From a virus, in the IMG/VR virus record IMGVR_UViG_3300031565_005154: a DNA stretch of 64,000 bases. One strand, written 5' to 3'. Under the pieces are notes generated by a model that ran no database searches, had not been told where the DNA came from, and saw only the letters and a list, made by a program, of their open reading frames with translations. The translations under genes were made by a program, and so were the position numbers. How positions within the stretch are numbered: position 1 is the stretch's first letter; every line of letters starts with the position of its first letter. Of this stretch, positions 17,747 to 27,415 are shown piece after piece.

Positions 17747-18109
17747 ATGACAAAGCACGGATCATCGCCATATCTGGAATGTAGCACCAAAGGCGATAAA
17801 CGATTTTCGGCATTCTGTGCTCGTCTGCCAAATCGTGGGAACAAGACTATCGAGGAAATTTATCAAGCAGCTAAAATCTTCGAAGATGGGTCTACTGGCC
17901 TGACATGGAAAGAGGCGAAGGGGAGACGGGCAATTAACGCCAGCGAATTAGCCATACTATATTCCGAATTGTGGAATGAATATATAGACGAAAATCCTCG
18001 GTTGCTCGAAGTGTTGAGAGTTGTTAGTGGAGTAAGTGATATGTTTGGTCAACGAGGCCATGTCTGTCAAGCAACTGAACTTTGGAGGATTAAGTGTCAA
18101 AATAGGTAG
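17747..18109 (+). CDS. NADAR-like protein (putative guanine-ADP-ribosyl hydrolase)
   Basis: LECSTKGDKRFSAF...TIEEIYQAAKIF...LWNEYIDENPRLLEVL resembles the NADAR FSNF / E..YQaaK / NP.L signature. Confidence 0.6.
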   Translation: MTKHGSSPYLECSTKGDKRFSAFCARLPNRGNKTIEEIYQAAKIFEDGSTGLTWKEAKGRRAINASELAILYSELWNEYIDENPRLLEVLRVVSGVSDMFGQRGHVCQATELWRIKCQNR

Positions 18110-18139
18110 CCACTTATATAAAACTGCGTACAAATTTGA

Positions 18140-18169
18140 CCGGGTAATCGAAAGATTGCTCGGTTTTTT
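18140..18169 (+). terminator. Rho-independent terminator ending the accessory block
   Basis: ccgggtaatc-gaaa-gattgctcgg + T6. Confidence 0.85.
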
Positions 18170-18179
18170 ATTTACAAAT

Positions 18180-18189
18180 TGTGTATAAT
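18180..18189 (+). promoter_or_regulatory. Class L promoter TGTGTATAAT
   Basis: Immediately after the terminator, before a structural-type gene. Confidence 0.6.
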
Positions 18190-18270
18190 AAATACGAAGA
18201 TGAATCTGTTCGGCCTTCGGTTCGCGTGTAATCGGAATCCTTACAGCCTTATTTTAGGGGAGGTAGTACT

Positions 18271-18816
18271 ATGACCGTCGTAACTGACAATTTCGCAACG
18301 CACTTGAATCCTGCGCCAAAGCCTTTCAAGATGTGGAAAACGCTTTCGGCCACGGCAGTATCTGGATCAGCAGTGACAGATACGGAGAACTTTTTCAATC
18401 GAGACTGTCCGTTTGCAGTCAAGGTCGTGGGATTTGAGGTACAATGCGTATCCGTGTCTGGTGCCGGATTTAGCGGGTCTGGGTCGGCCCTCACGGTTGC
18501 ACTACAAAGGGACGCCGTTGTGGATGCATCTCCAGCCGCACCGGGAGCCGCAAGTTGGAACACATTGGTTACTGTTGACACTTCCGGGATTACTGCTAGT
18601 ACCGACAAACGTTTGTTTGCAGCACCAGCCAACTCTGGCGAAGTTGTAAATGCTAGTATGGATCAGACATATACATCTGTTCCGCAAGGCGGTTCACTAA
18701 GGGCTACTTTGTCAGCACAGGCAAAGGATGCTATTGGGGCTGGTTCAACTCCAGTAGAACTTTTGACTATAGTCGAGTTTGTTCCAACCGAACTAAAGGA
18801 TAGGCGTTATTCCTAA
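18271..18816 (+). CDS. Putative virion decoration/structural beta-protein
   Basis: Ala/Ser/Thr/Val-rich; monocistronic with class L promoter, GGAGG RBS and terminator. Confidence 0.5.
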   Translation: MTVVTDNFATHLNPAPKPFKMWKTLSATAVSGSAVTDTENFFNRDCPFAVKVVGFEVQCVSVSGAGFSGSGSALTVALQRDAVVDASPAAPGAASWNTLVTVDTSGITASTDKRLFAAPANSGEVVNASMDQTYTSVPQGGSLRATLSAQAKDAIGAGSTPVELLTIVEFVPTELKDRRYS

Positions 18817-18845
18817 TTTAGAACAATCAATATAGTATTTTCTAG

Positions 18846-18875
18846 GCCGGGGGGCTTTTGTCCTCGGCTTTTTTT
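18846..18875 (+). terminator. Rho-independent terminator
   Basis: GC stem gccgggg.../...cctcggc with tttt loop, then T-run. Confidence 0.8.
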
Positions 18876-18923
18876 GTTCTTATTTTATCCAACTGTATTT
18901 GTCCTCATCAGCAAATCAACAAT

Positions 18924-18932
18924 GGTGTATAA
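18924..18932 (+). promoter_or_regulatory. Class L promoter GGTGTATAA
   Basis: Upstream of the tail-assembly/TMP operon. Confidence 0.6.
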
Positions 18933-18999
18933 CCTATGGGATAGATCGAGGTTTGGACAGACAGTACCACTGTAAACTTTGGGACTGGGAAGGTGCGAA

Positions 19000-20082
19000 A
19001 TGAATTTCGCTGAGGAAGAACAGCTTATCGCACGAATTAGTTGGGGATATGTTCCCGCGACCATTCGTACCCAAGACGGCACGTTAGTTTCCCTTCTTCT
19101 CCGTCCACCAACATCCAGTGAACAAGGTAAATCTGCAATGGTTTATTCTACCGAGTATCAACGAGCTTTGGTCCTGGGGTTGCCCAATGAAGATGATGTG
19201 ATTCAAGATATGATTATTGCTGGAAGATGGGACGCACAAACAGATATTGAAATCGATGGTTTGAGAAAAGATATTCACAACATAAGACGAGGTTTACTTG
19301 ATTTCTTGTTCGATAGAACCAAATTAGAAAAAACTAGGTCCCTTTTGCGTCGTGCTGAACAGGCTTTGGTTACGAGACTCAATAATAGACACGTATTAAC
19401 ACAGACTAGTGCAGAAGCTCATGCTACTATTTGTCAACAACGGTATCTGATAAGTCGTGTGACCGAAACCGAAGATGGTAAATCTTTCTGGCCCACAATA
19501 GATGATTTTGAAAAATTTGAGGATATTTGTGTAATAACACAACTGTGTGAATTATTTTTTCTGCAATCTCGTATATCTGCTAAGTTACTCAGAGAATTGG
19601 CTAGATCGCCACAATGGAGAACGTATTGGGAAATTGCGAAAAACACTGGTGAATTATTTGGTGCACCTATTACTGTGTGGTCATCTAGTCAGCGAGAATT
19701 GGCTTATTGGTCTACTATTTATGATTCTGTCCACAGTGCCTATGAACGACCATCAAAGGAAATTATTAACGATGACGATTTGTTAGATTCATGGTTTATT
19801 CGCCAAGGGGAAAAAATTGACGGCAAAGCCCAATCAAACGCCGTTCCACGACAAAATAAGGCTGGGCGTAATGAAGAATTCATTATGTCTGACAAAGATG
19901 GGGCTCGGCAAGTTTATAATATGAATGATCCTAGTTCTCGCGCTAAGATTCGTGCTCGTCAAAAAATATTGGAGAAACAAGGTTCTGTGCTTGAACAGCA
20001 TATGCCTGACAGCCAAAGAGAGATGAGACAACAGTTGGCTGGGATGCAGAGCAAACATATTAAGAGCATTAATAGCAGATAG
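19000..20082 (+). CDS. Hypothetical helical protein, possible tail assembly chaperone
   Basis: Position upstream of TMP. Confidence 0.4.
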   Translation: MNFAEEEQLIARISWGYVPATIRTQDGTLVSLLLRPPTSSEQGKSAMVYSTEYQRALVLGLPNEDDVIQDMIIAGRWDAQTDIEIDGLRKDIHNIRRGLLDFLFDRTKLEKTRSLLRRAEQALVTRLNNRHVLTQTSAEAHATICQQRYLISRVTETEDGKSFWPTIDDFEKFEDICVITQLCELFFLQSRISAKLLRELARSPQWRTYWEIAKNTGELFGAPITVWSSSQRELAYWSTIYDSVHSAYERPSKEIINDDDLLDSWFIRQGEKIDGKAQSNAVPRQNKAGRNEEFIMSDKDGARQVYNMNDPSSRAKIRARQKILEKQGSVLEQHMPDSQREMRQQLAGMQSKHIKSINSR

Positions 20083-20094
20083 GGGTGGATAGTA

Positions 20095-20466
20095 ATGGGT
20101 AGCAAAGAGGAAGAATTGGCGGCATTGCGGCGTCATCAAAGAAAACTGCATTCTGGACGAATTGCTCAAGATTCAAGAGATCGTTTGAAAAAAATTGCAC
20201 ACAAAAAATTTAGAACTTGTTTTATCGCTGCTTTGTCGGAATTTGAGACTACGTTTGGTTTTGAGCTTTGGGGTCATAGTTTACCAGAAGAACAAATGAC
20301 ATCCGAACAAAAGGCAAATAGGATTCGTTGGGAACAGGTTCGCAAGAACATATTAGACAAAGGGAATACTCAGTCTCGTGCGTTGGGGATGGAAATCGAT
20401 CTGCATAAGATCGAATTCGAAGGATATTCCATGGAATTTAGGGGAGGAACCGGAAATGGCGACTAA
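20095..20466 (+). CDS. Hypothetical helical protein
   Basis: 123-aa ORF in the TMP operon. Confidence 0.55.
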   Translation: MGSKEEELAALRRHQRKLHSGRIAQDSRDRLKKIAHKKFRTCFIAALSEFETTFGFELWGHSLPEEQMTSEQKANRIRWEQVRKNILDKGNTQSRALGMEIDLHKIEFEGYSMEFRGGTGNGD

Positions 20467-21319
20467 GGATAATATTGTTGAAACAGTGGATAATGATGGG
20501 AAAAAACTGAAATTAACTGTGAAGGCTCCTGGACATAAGGTTTTACAAGAAGCACAAATGGTATATAATATCAGGCTCACAGCATTAATTCGACAAAGTG
20601 CATCTGAAGATACACAACTTCTATCGAGACAACAACTAGATCAACACTTAGAACATATGGGCATCTGGACAGAAAAGGAGGCTCAACAGTTTGTCAGACT
20701 TCAATTGGAATTGAGAGAACTTGAGTTAAAGCTTAAAACAGGTGGCATAAAAGTCTCTGAAGCAAAAGCCATTGCATTGAGCATGAGAGCGAAAAGGGCT
20801 CTATTGTTGGTTCTATATAATCGCAAAGTTCAGTTTGAAGGGGTCACCATAGAGTCGATTGCTGAGAACCATAGGTTTAAGTTCTTGCTCACTCAATGTG
20901 TCTTTTATCATGAAACTGATATGCGGTTTTTTGATAATATTAATACATATGAGGCTCTGCAAGAAGAGCAGGCGTCTATAGCTGCGGCTACTGCTCTGGC
21001 TGGTCAACTATACGGATATGACAACAAAACTGAAGCTAATTTATCTGAAAATCAATGGTTGAGACAATACAAATTTGCCGACAAAGACGGAAGACTTATC
21101 GATGAGTGTGGTCATCTTGTGGATACAGAAGGTCGTTTAATTAATGAAGATGGTCGCTTTGTCAACAAGAATGGTGAGCTAACTGACAATCAGGGTCGTA
21201 GTGTGGATTCTGATGGCAATTTTGTAGTAAAAACCAAACCATTTCTTGATGATGATACTGGAGAGCCGATAGTAACTAAAATAAAAGCGAAACAGAAACG
21301 AAAAAGCAAAAAGGATTAG
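20456..21319 (+). CDS. Putative tail assembly chaperone with C-terminal 7-aa DxxGx(L/F)(I/V) repeats
   Basis: GGAGG RBS; immediately before TMP; DKDGRLI-DECGHLV-DTEGRLI-NEDGRFV-NKNGELT-DNQGRSV-DSDGNFV. Confidence 0.5.
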   Translation: MATKDNIVETVDNDGKKLKLTVKAPGHKVLQEAQMVYNIRLTALIRQSASEDTQLLSRQQLDQHLEHMGIWTEKEAQQFVRLQLELRELELKLKTGGIKVSEAKAIALSMRAKRALLLVLYNRKVQFEGVTIESIAENHRFKFLLTQCVFYHETDMRFFDNINTYEALQEEQASIAAATALAGQLYGYDNKTEANLSENQWLRQYKFADKDGRLIDECGHLVDTEGRLINEDGRFVNKNGELTDNQGRSVDSDGNFVVKTKPFLDDDTGEPIVTKIKAKQKRKSKKD

Positions 21320-21332
21320 GTCGGTGATATAA

Positions 21333-24300
21333 ATGGCACAAGCTTTCGTCCTTGGTGTAAATCTGCGAATCCAACAAGTGTTGGGTTTAGAGCAGGTAAA
21401 ACAGCAGTTGGCTAGCATACAAATAGGTGGTGCGGGTCAAACCCAACAATTATCTGCAGCATTGAAAAGTGTAAGCACTAATGCTGCTGCTGTTGTTGCC
21501 AATACTACTGCACTTAATACACTTACCACCAAATTGGGTAAAAACGTAAGTACAACTGGTAAAAATCTTAAGAATGCCGGTAAACATGCCCAGAATTTTG
21601 GTGATCAAATTGCAATAGCTGGTCGTAGGTATGCTGCGTTTCTTGGTGCGACGACAGCAGCATTTAAGGTTATACAATTAATTTCTGCCGGAACAAAAAC
21701 TGTTATTGAATTCGATCAGGCAATGGTATCGTTGTCTCAAATTATCGACACAACTCGTGATCAACTTGGAGATTTAGAACAGCAATTTATCGATCTTTCC
21801 GTGTCTACTGGTACAAGTGCTGCTGAGATTGCTAGCGCAGCCAAACTCTTAGCACAAGCTGGATTCAGAGGTGCAGAATTAGCAGAAGCCACAGAACAAT
21901 TAGCTAAAGTTCCTCTTACACCTATTTTTGAAAGCATGGAGCAGGCTGTTGACGGTGCTATCGCAGCTATGCGTCAATTCCCAGAAGAGGGCTTAACTGT
22001 AGAACGAGTTTTTGACAAAATGATAAATGTGTCTAATAAATATGCCGCTTCGTTTCCAGATATTATTGAGGGTCTTAAAAGAGGTGGATCGGCTTTCCAG
22101 GCTATTGGTGGAACATTAGATGAATTCATAGCTGCTTTTACCACCATAAGGTCTGTTACGCGAGAAAGTTCATCCTCTGTCGGTACATCGCTTAAGACTC
22201 TTGCTTCTCGTCTAGCTGATCCCAAGATAATAAAATTCCTGGAAACCAAGAATATACGATTGCTTGAAGCTGGTCAATTTGTTGGTCCACTTGAAGCAAT
22301 ACGTCGTATCGGTGATGGGTTAGAGAGGACAGAAAATGTACAAGACAGAATTAACATCGCCACTAAACTTGGTGGTCGGCGACAAATCAGTCGTTTCCTT
22401 GCTGTAGCACAAAATGCCGAAAAAACAAGTGAGATTTTGGATGTTTCGAAAGATTCATTTGATGCTTTTAATAGAGTTGCTGAACAAGGTTTGCTGGCCG
22501 TTGGAAAACAGGTTGATATTCTTATCTCAAAAGCCAACGCATTAGCGATATCACTTGGTGAAAGTTTATTTATACCGTTTATTCAAGGATTAACTGGTGC
22601 TGCTGATTCTGCCATAAGTCTTTTGGGTACATTAAAACCACTTCTTCCCGCGATAGCCAGTATTGGAACTGCTTTGACTAGTATGGCAATTTTTAAGGGC
22701 ATAGGTAGTTTCTTGGGGCCTAAAATTGCTGGTCTTGCTGGTCCCGCTGCTTTTGCTGCTGCTGGCGGTGGGGTTAAAGGTGCTGCGGCAGGTTTAGGAG
22801 CTAGTCCATTTTTGCAGGCCGGTCTTTTGATGGCTGCTGGTCAGGCTGCTGGTGCTTTATTGAAAACAGCAGATGGCGCAGATACTCTTGCATCTTCCAT
22901 AGTTTCAACTGTTACAACTATTACTGCCGTATTGGCATTGATGAAGGGACAAACAATCGCCAAATTTGCCACAACAGGTGGATTATTTGCAGGTTTGGGT
23001 GCTGTCGGTGGTGGTCTATTAACAGCGGCTGCTATTGTTGCACCACTAGTATTGATGAGAGCAAGTAAAAGTGCACAAGAACTAATGGACAAAATAACAG
23101 ATAGTGCAGTAGAAGCTGTTGACGCAATTGAACTTGATTCAACAGATGATTCAAAATCATTTACAACAGGAATGTCTAGTGTAGTTACAACTATTTCTGA
23201 TGCAATGCGTAAGTCTATAGAAAGTATTGACCCTTACGCCGCCAACATCAGTATAAAAGAAAGGTTATCTAGAGTATTCCAGGCAAGCGGTAGGGCTGCG
23301 GCTAATGCGTGGGAAGGTGATTTTGAATTTATCGTAAAACGTTGGGGTTTAACTAGTGCCAACCTACGTGATCAACTTAAAGCAATCATAGATAAAAGTC
23401 CAGGAATGGTTAACAGTATTATTGATAATATAACTAAGATTGTAGCAAGTGCTGATATCAATTTAGAAAAATTGCCATCATATGCCAAACAAAAAATTAC
23501 TACTGATGCTGTTTTGGGTGGTGCCACACAAGAAAGCGCCGCTATTTTTGCAGATGTAGTCGTTGAGGCTGCTGGTGGGGTAAAAGCACTAAATGAGGAA
23601 ATTCAAAAGAGTGCTAATATCATACGAAACGAAGCACAAAAACGCGAGAAAATGATTCCACTTATTAATGCACTTGTACCACAACGTCTGGTTGGTCAGT
23701 TACTACAGTTTTCAAAAGCTGTTAATAAAGTAACTAGGGCGGTGGATTTATCCGCAAAAATGTTTTCTATGCAAATTGCAGATATTGGAGGTGGAATTAG
23801 TGCTCCGTCATTTGATTTTGATTTTGGAGATCAACAGATTAAGCGGTTTATTGGTGCTGGTGGATTAGAAGAATTATTCGCTTTTACTCCAGATATACCA
23901 AAATTTATTGGGGGTTTAACCGAAGTTGAAAGTCTGTTGGATCAATTTATTATCAATATAAGCAATGTTCCAGCTTCTAGTGCCGACTTGTTGGGCGAAG
24001 TTGATAAGTTTTTCGAATTTCAAACTGATGTTCCAAAGGTAGTTAGAGACAACTTCGAAGAATTTTTCCGCACTATCGCACAAGATATAGCACTCGTTTC
24101 AGAGGGTGAATATATTAATACTGATACTATTAAGAGTAGATTTGAAAAAGAATTTGCTAATCTAGGTGTAGGTGCTTCGGATGCAGTAGTAGAGAATATT
24201 CGTGGTTTTCTTGAAGCTACATTTACCCAGGTACAAGATGAATTAAACAGGTTAGCTACTGTTCGCAAATTTGAACTGGCAGCACCGGTACTCCCAGGAA

Positions 24301-25628
24301 CACAAGCTGATTTTTTGGAACAACAATTACGACGTGCTGGCGTTAGTGTTGGCGGTGGACGAGGGCCAACTAATGTAGTTAGGGGAACATTAGAAGAATT
24401 AGATTTACGACGAAGAGAAAGTCTAGAACGGTATGGTCGAGAAACTACTCCAGGGTTGCTTCCAACTCCAGAACCTGGATTTTTCCAAGATCGTACTAAA
24501 AGATTAGCTGATATAGCTGGTGATGAGACAATACGCCAACAAGTAAGAGATGGGTTTCGAGAAGTTGTAATTGAATCCACTAGGGTCAAAAAACAATTAG
24601 CGGAATTAAAGCCGGGTACTGAAGGTTTTATAGCCGCTGCACAGAACGCCAAAGAATTGGCTCGTACCACAGTTGAATTGCAAACGGCAATGGAGGCGTT
24701 AATACAGGCATCTGGAAAGGCTTTGGAATCAGAGAAACAAACATTAGCATTACGACAAAAACTTGAATTATCACAGACAGAAGCTCGGCTCGCCAAACGT
24801 GTCGAAAAAGGTTACACAACTCCAACTGAAGCCGAAAGAATTACATCTGATCTTATGGACAAACAAGAACGTGCACAAATAGCATTACAAGACAAATATG
24901 CTTCTATAATGGAAAAAGACAACACTCTTCGTGCGAATCTTGCTAAAGAGATAAGTGCTAACACAAAAACACAAGATGAAATAACTCAAAATTTTGACAC
25001 GTCAGTTGGTGTTTTCTCTGATTCCACACGAATACAAGCAAAAACTATTGAATTGATGAATCAGGCTATCATACAATTCGGTCAATCAGTTGTTGATTTC
25101 AGAAATTTCGGTGCCACCACGGGACCAGCAACTGATATGGCTGTCGCTGGTATAACACCCACACAGATAAAATCTGGTGCCGTTAATGTTCAACAGGGTT
25201 TTGATGAGTATGTTCGATTAATAAATGATAGTACCGCTAATCAAAATGATATAGCAAATATTCTCAAAGCTACTCTTGAGCGTTTTGAACAAATTAACCC
25301 TACTGCGAAAGAACCTACCACTATTCAAAAAGAACGTGAGCAAAGTGTTGCTACCGATGAGAAGATAAGTCTACTTACTGATAGTCTAGATAACCTCAGA
25401 ACTGTTCTTAATGAACCGAATGAACTTAAATTGATTACAGATCAACGTATTGATCTTGATTTATCAACACTACCATCAGATATATCAGCAGAAATTCGTC
25501 CGTTGCTTGAAGAAGCTGTTATTGTCGCAGCAAAAACGGTGGCAAGAAAGACTTTGGAGAGTTTGGCCTCCAAGAGCGAAGCTGAATTTGCTGTGGTTGC
25601 TACAAATGTAGCTAGGGAATTAGCGTAA
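21333..25628 (+). CDS. Tail tape measure protein
   Basis: 1431 aa, Ala/Gly-rich helical; TP901-like core (EFDQAMV...SAAEIASAAKLLAQAG...GTSLKTL); Gly/Ala hydrophobic segments. Confidence 0.9.
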   Translation: MAQAFVLGVNLRIQQVLGLEQVKQQLASIQIGGAGQTQQLSAALKSVSTNAAAVVANTTALNTLTTKLGKNVSTTGKNLKNAGKHAQNFGDQIAIAGRRYAAFLGATTAAFKVIQLISAGTKTVIEFDQAMVSLSQIIDTTRDQLGDLEQQFIDLSVSTGTSAAEIASAAKLLAQAGFRGAELAEATEQLAKVPLTPIFESMEQAVDGAIAAMRQFPEEGLTVERVFDKMINVSNKYAASFPDIIEGLKRGGSAFQAIGGTLDEFIAAFTTIRSVTRESSSSVGTSLKTLASRLADPKIIKFLETKNIRLLEAGQFVGPLEAIRRIGDGLERTENVQDRINIATKLGGRRQISRFLAVAQNAEKTSEILDVSKDSFDAFNRVAEQGLLAVGKQVDILISKANALAISLGESLFIPFIQGLTGAADSAISLLGTLKPLLPAIASIGTALTSMAIFKGIGSFLGPKIAGLAGPAAFAAAGGGVKGAAAGLGASPFLQAGLLMAAGQAAGALLKTADGADTLASSIVSTVTTITAVLALMKGQTIAKFATTGGLFAGLGAVGGGLLTAAAIVAPLVLMRASKSAQELMDKITDSAVEAVDAIELDSTDDSKSFTTGMSSVVTTISDAMRKSIESIDPYAANISIKERLSRVFQASGRAAANAWEGDFEFIVKRWGLTSANLRDQLKAIIDKSPGMVNSIIDNITKIVASADINLEKLPSYAKQKITTDAVLGGATQESAAIFADVVVEAAGGVKALNEEIQKSANIIRNEAQKREKMIPLINALVPQRLVGQLLQFSKAVNKVTRAVDLSAKMFSMQIADIGGGISAPSFDFDFGDQQIKRFIGAGGLEELFAFTPDIPKFIGGLTEVESLLDQFIINISNVPASSADLLGEVDKFFEFQTDVPKVVRDNFEEFFRTIAQDIALVSEGEYINTDTIKSRFEKEFANLGVGASDAVVENIRGFLEATFTQVQDELNRLATVRKFELAAPVLPGTQADFLEQQLRRAGVSVGGGRGPTNVVRGTLEELDLRRRESLERYGRETTPGLLPTPEPGFFQDRTKRLADIAGDETIRQQVRDGFREVVIESTRVKKQLAELKPGTEGFIAAAQNAKELARTTVELQTAMEALIQASGKALESEKQTLALRQKLELSQTEARLAKRVEKGYTTPTEAERITSDLMDKQERAQIALQDKYASIMEKDNTLRANLAKEISANTKTQDEITQNFDTSVGVFSDSTRIQAKTIELMNQAIIQFGQSVVDFRNFGATTGPATDMAVAGITPTQIKSGAVNVQQGFDEYVRLINDSTANQNDIANILKATLERFEQINPTAKEPTTIQKEREQSVATDEKISLLTDSLDNLRTVLNEPNELKLITDQRIDLDLSTLPSDISAEIRPLLEEAVIVAAKTVARKTLESLASKSEAEFAVVATNVARELA

Positions 25629-27394
25629 TGGCTCTTTTAAGAGATGACAATGTTCTGTTTTATCATCCATTGGATTCTGATACGGAATATACTAAATCCT
25701 TTGATTGGACTAGGACTGCTAATGGTGTATTTGGTAATGGTATTGTTGTCAGTGGATTCACACAAAGCGGCGATCTTACAGTAGATATACGTGCCAATAA
25801 AGCTGCTGGAGCATATGATGATCTAGAGAATTATGATCACTTTGCCATAGCTTTCTGGTCTAGCGGATTATATGGTGGGACGATCAGAGACGATACAATT
25901 GAGATAGGCTTTGGCGCAACTAGTGTGGACGATGGTAATGGTTTACGATATTTTATGTCAGAAGCTGCCGGAACTCCATATGTAAGATTAATCAAAGTTG
26001 GGGGCACTGGACCAGCCAAGCAGATATTAACTTTCCCATCTGTAGATGGATGGCATTTTACAGTTGTAGATTTTTCGTTACGGGGATCGGTATGGCAATA
26101 TCTTGTTAGTATAAACGGTAGTGGATGGCAAAATATTGGTAGCGGAGGAAATGCCGATCCTCCGGATGCCGACACAAATTGTATAATAAACCTGGCAATA
26201 GAATCTACTAGTAATAATATTATTCTAGACGAAGTAGTCGTCTGGGCAGGACAGGATGAATTTACAGCAGATGAGTTATCTAATTTATATGAATTAGCCA
26301 ATACATATGACATACCGATGAATCAGTATGGTGACACATTTGGTACGCTCGCCAGTAGTGGAATAGATTTATTTATTCATGGACATGTTGCGTCTTCTGG
26401 TAACGTTTCACTATATTTACCATCTCAACTGGAATGTAAGTCATTAGACATCTATACGGCAGGATTGGATACGTCATCTGGTAATATGGATTGTTTTATT
26501 TCCAGCTTTTTTGTGGCGTCTGGTAATTCTAATTTTTACACTTATGCCGTTGGTTCTACTGTTGCTTCTGGAAATCTTTATACTGTTGGACCACTTGTGG
26601 CTAGTGGTGATACAGATGAATTTATTCATGGACATGAATTAGCATCCGGAAGCACAGACTTCTACATAAAGGGTTTATTCCCAACTTTTGATAGCTTTGT
26701 AGCAGTAGTCGATAATACACAGTTTGGAGACATATCGCTATTCGCTCATGGCGTACCGTTCGGTGAAAGTAACACATCCTACTTAAACAATACTACTACG
26801 TTGTTTATCAATAATACTCTTGGTGAATATAGTAATCTGTATTCTGATTGGTCGTCTTTCACAAGAGTAGATGATGCAACTTTAATATCCCTTAGCGGAA
26901 CATGGCAATCTTTCGTTAAGGGTGGTAATGCTAATAATAACCACATAAACCTGTATATAAATAGCCATGCTTCTGGAGATAGCCCTCATGGTATATCAAT
27001 TACTGATTCAATCTACACATTTATAAATGGGTTATCTATCGGTTCAGATAGCGAAGCACCATTGTCAAATGGATATTATTATTCCGATATAGAAACTTTG
27101 TCTTTTGTTAAAATATATGATGGTTCAAGCGATGTACTTAATTTTTATACATCTGGATCAACCGCGATAATACCACCGTCTGCTACGACAAATTTGTTCA
27201 TATTTGGTATTCTTGATATAATATATGATTCAACTACTCTATATGTCACCGGTGAAGAACTTGCATACAATACCAACGATCTTTTTATCTTGGGAATACA
27301 AGATGTTTCATCTGGGAATATATCTTTATATATCAAAGTGACACCAACTGGGTTACTTAATCAAACATGTATTTTATATACGCACGGCTTTTAG
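25628..27394 (+). CDS. Tail/virion protein: N-terminal LamG/ConA-like domain plus SGxxDL(F/Y)(I/T)xG repeats
   Basis: FAIAFW...GWHFTVV...ILDEVVVW...ELSNLY; repeats SSGIDLFIHGH, ASGDTDEFIHGH, ASGSTDFYIKG. Confidence 0.6.
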   Translation: MALLRDDNVLFYHPLDSDTEYTKSFDWTRTANGVFGNGIVVSGFTQSGDLTVDIRANKAAGAYDDLENYDHFAIAFWSSGLYGGTIRDDTIEIGFGATSVDDGNGLRYFMSEAAGTPYVRLIKVGGTGPAKQILTFPSVDGWHFTVVDFSLRGSVWQYLVSINGSGWQNIGSGGNADPPDADTNCIINLAIESTSNNIILDEVVVWAGQDEFTADELSNLYELANTYDIPMNQYGDTFGTLASSGIDLFIHGHVASSGNVSLYLPSQLECKSLDIYTAGLDTSSGNMDCFISSFFVASGNSNFYTYAVGSTVASGNLYTVGPLVASGDTDEFIHGHELASGSTDFYIKGLFPTFDSFVAVVDNTQFGDISLFAHGVPFGESNTSYLNNTTTLFINNTLGEYSNLYSDWSSFTRVDDATLISLSGTWQSFVKGGNANNNHINLYINSHASGDSPHGISITDSIYTFINGLSIGSDSEAPLSNGYYYSDIETLSFVKIYDGSSDVLNFYTSGSTAIIPPSATTNLFIFGILDIIYDSTTLYVTGEELAYNTNDLFILGIQDVSSGNISLYIKVTPTGLLNQTCILYTHGF

Positions 27395-27415
27395 TTGAAA
27401 GGTAGGCTAACATAA

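Noticed and set aside
20378-20506. Lambda G/GT-type -1 programmed frameshift in the pre-TMP genes
   Set aside because: The overlapping ORFs are in a +1 relation, and the GGGAAAAAA run is early in the gene and not phased as X XXY YYZ.
24020-24796. 258-aa antisense ORF within the tape measure gene (and other antisense or overlapping track ORFs)
   Set aside because: Shadow frames of strongly supported genes, with no RBS, motif or promoter support.
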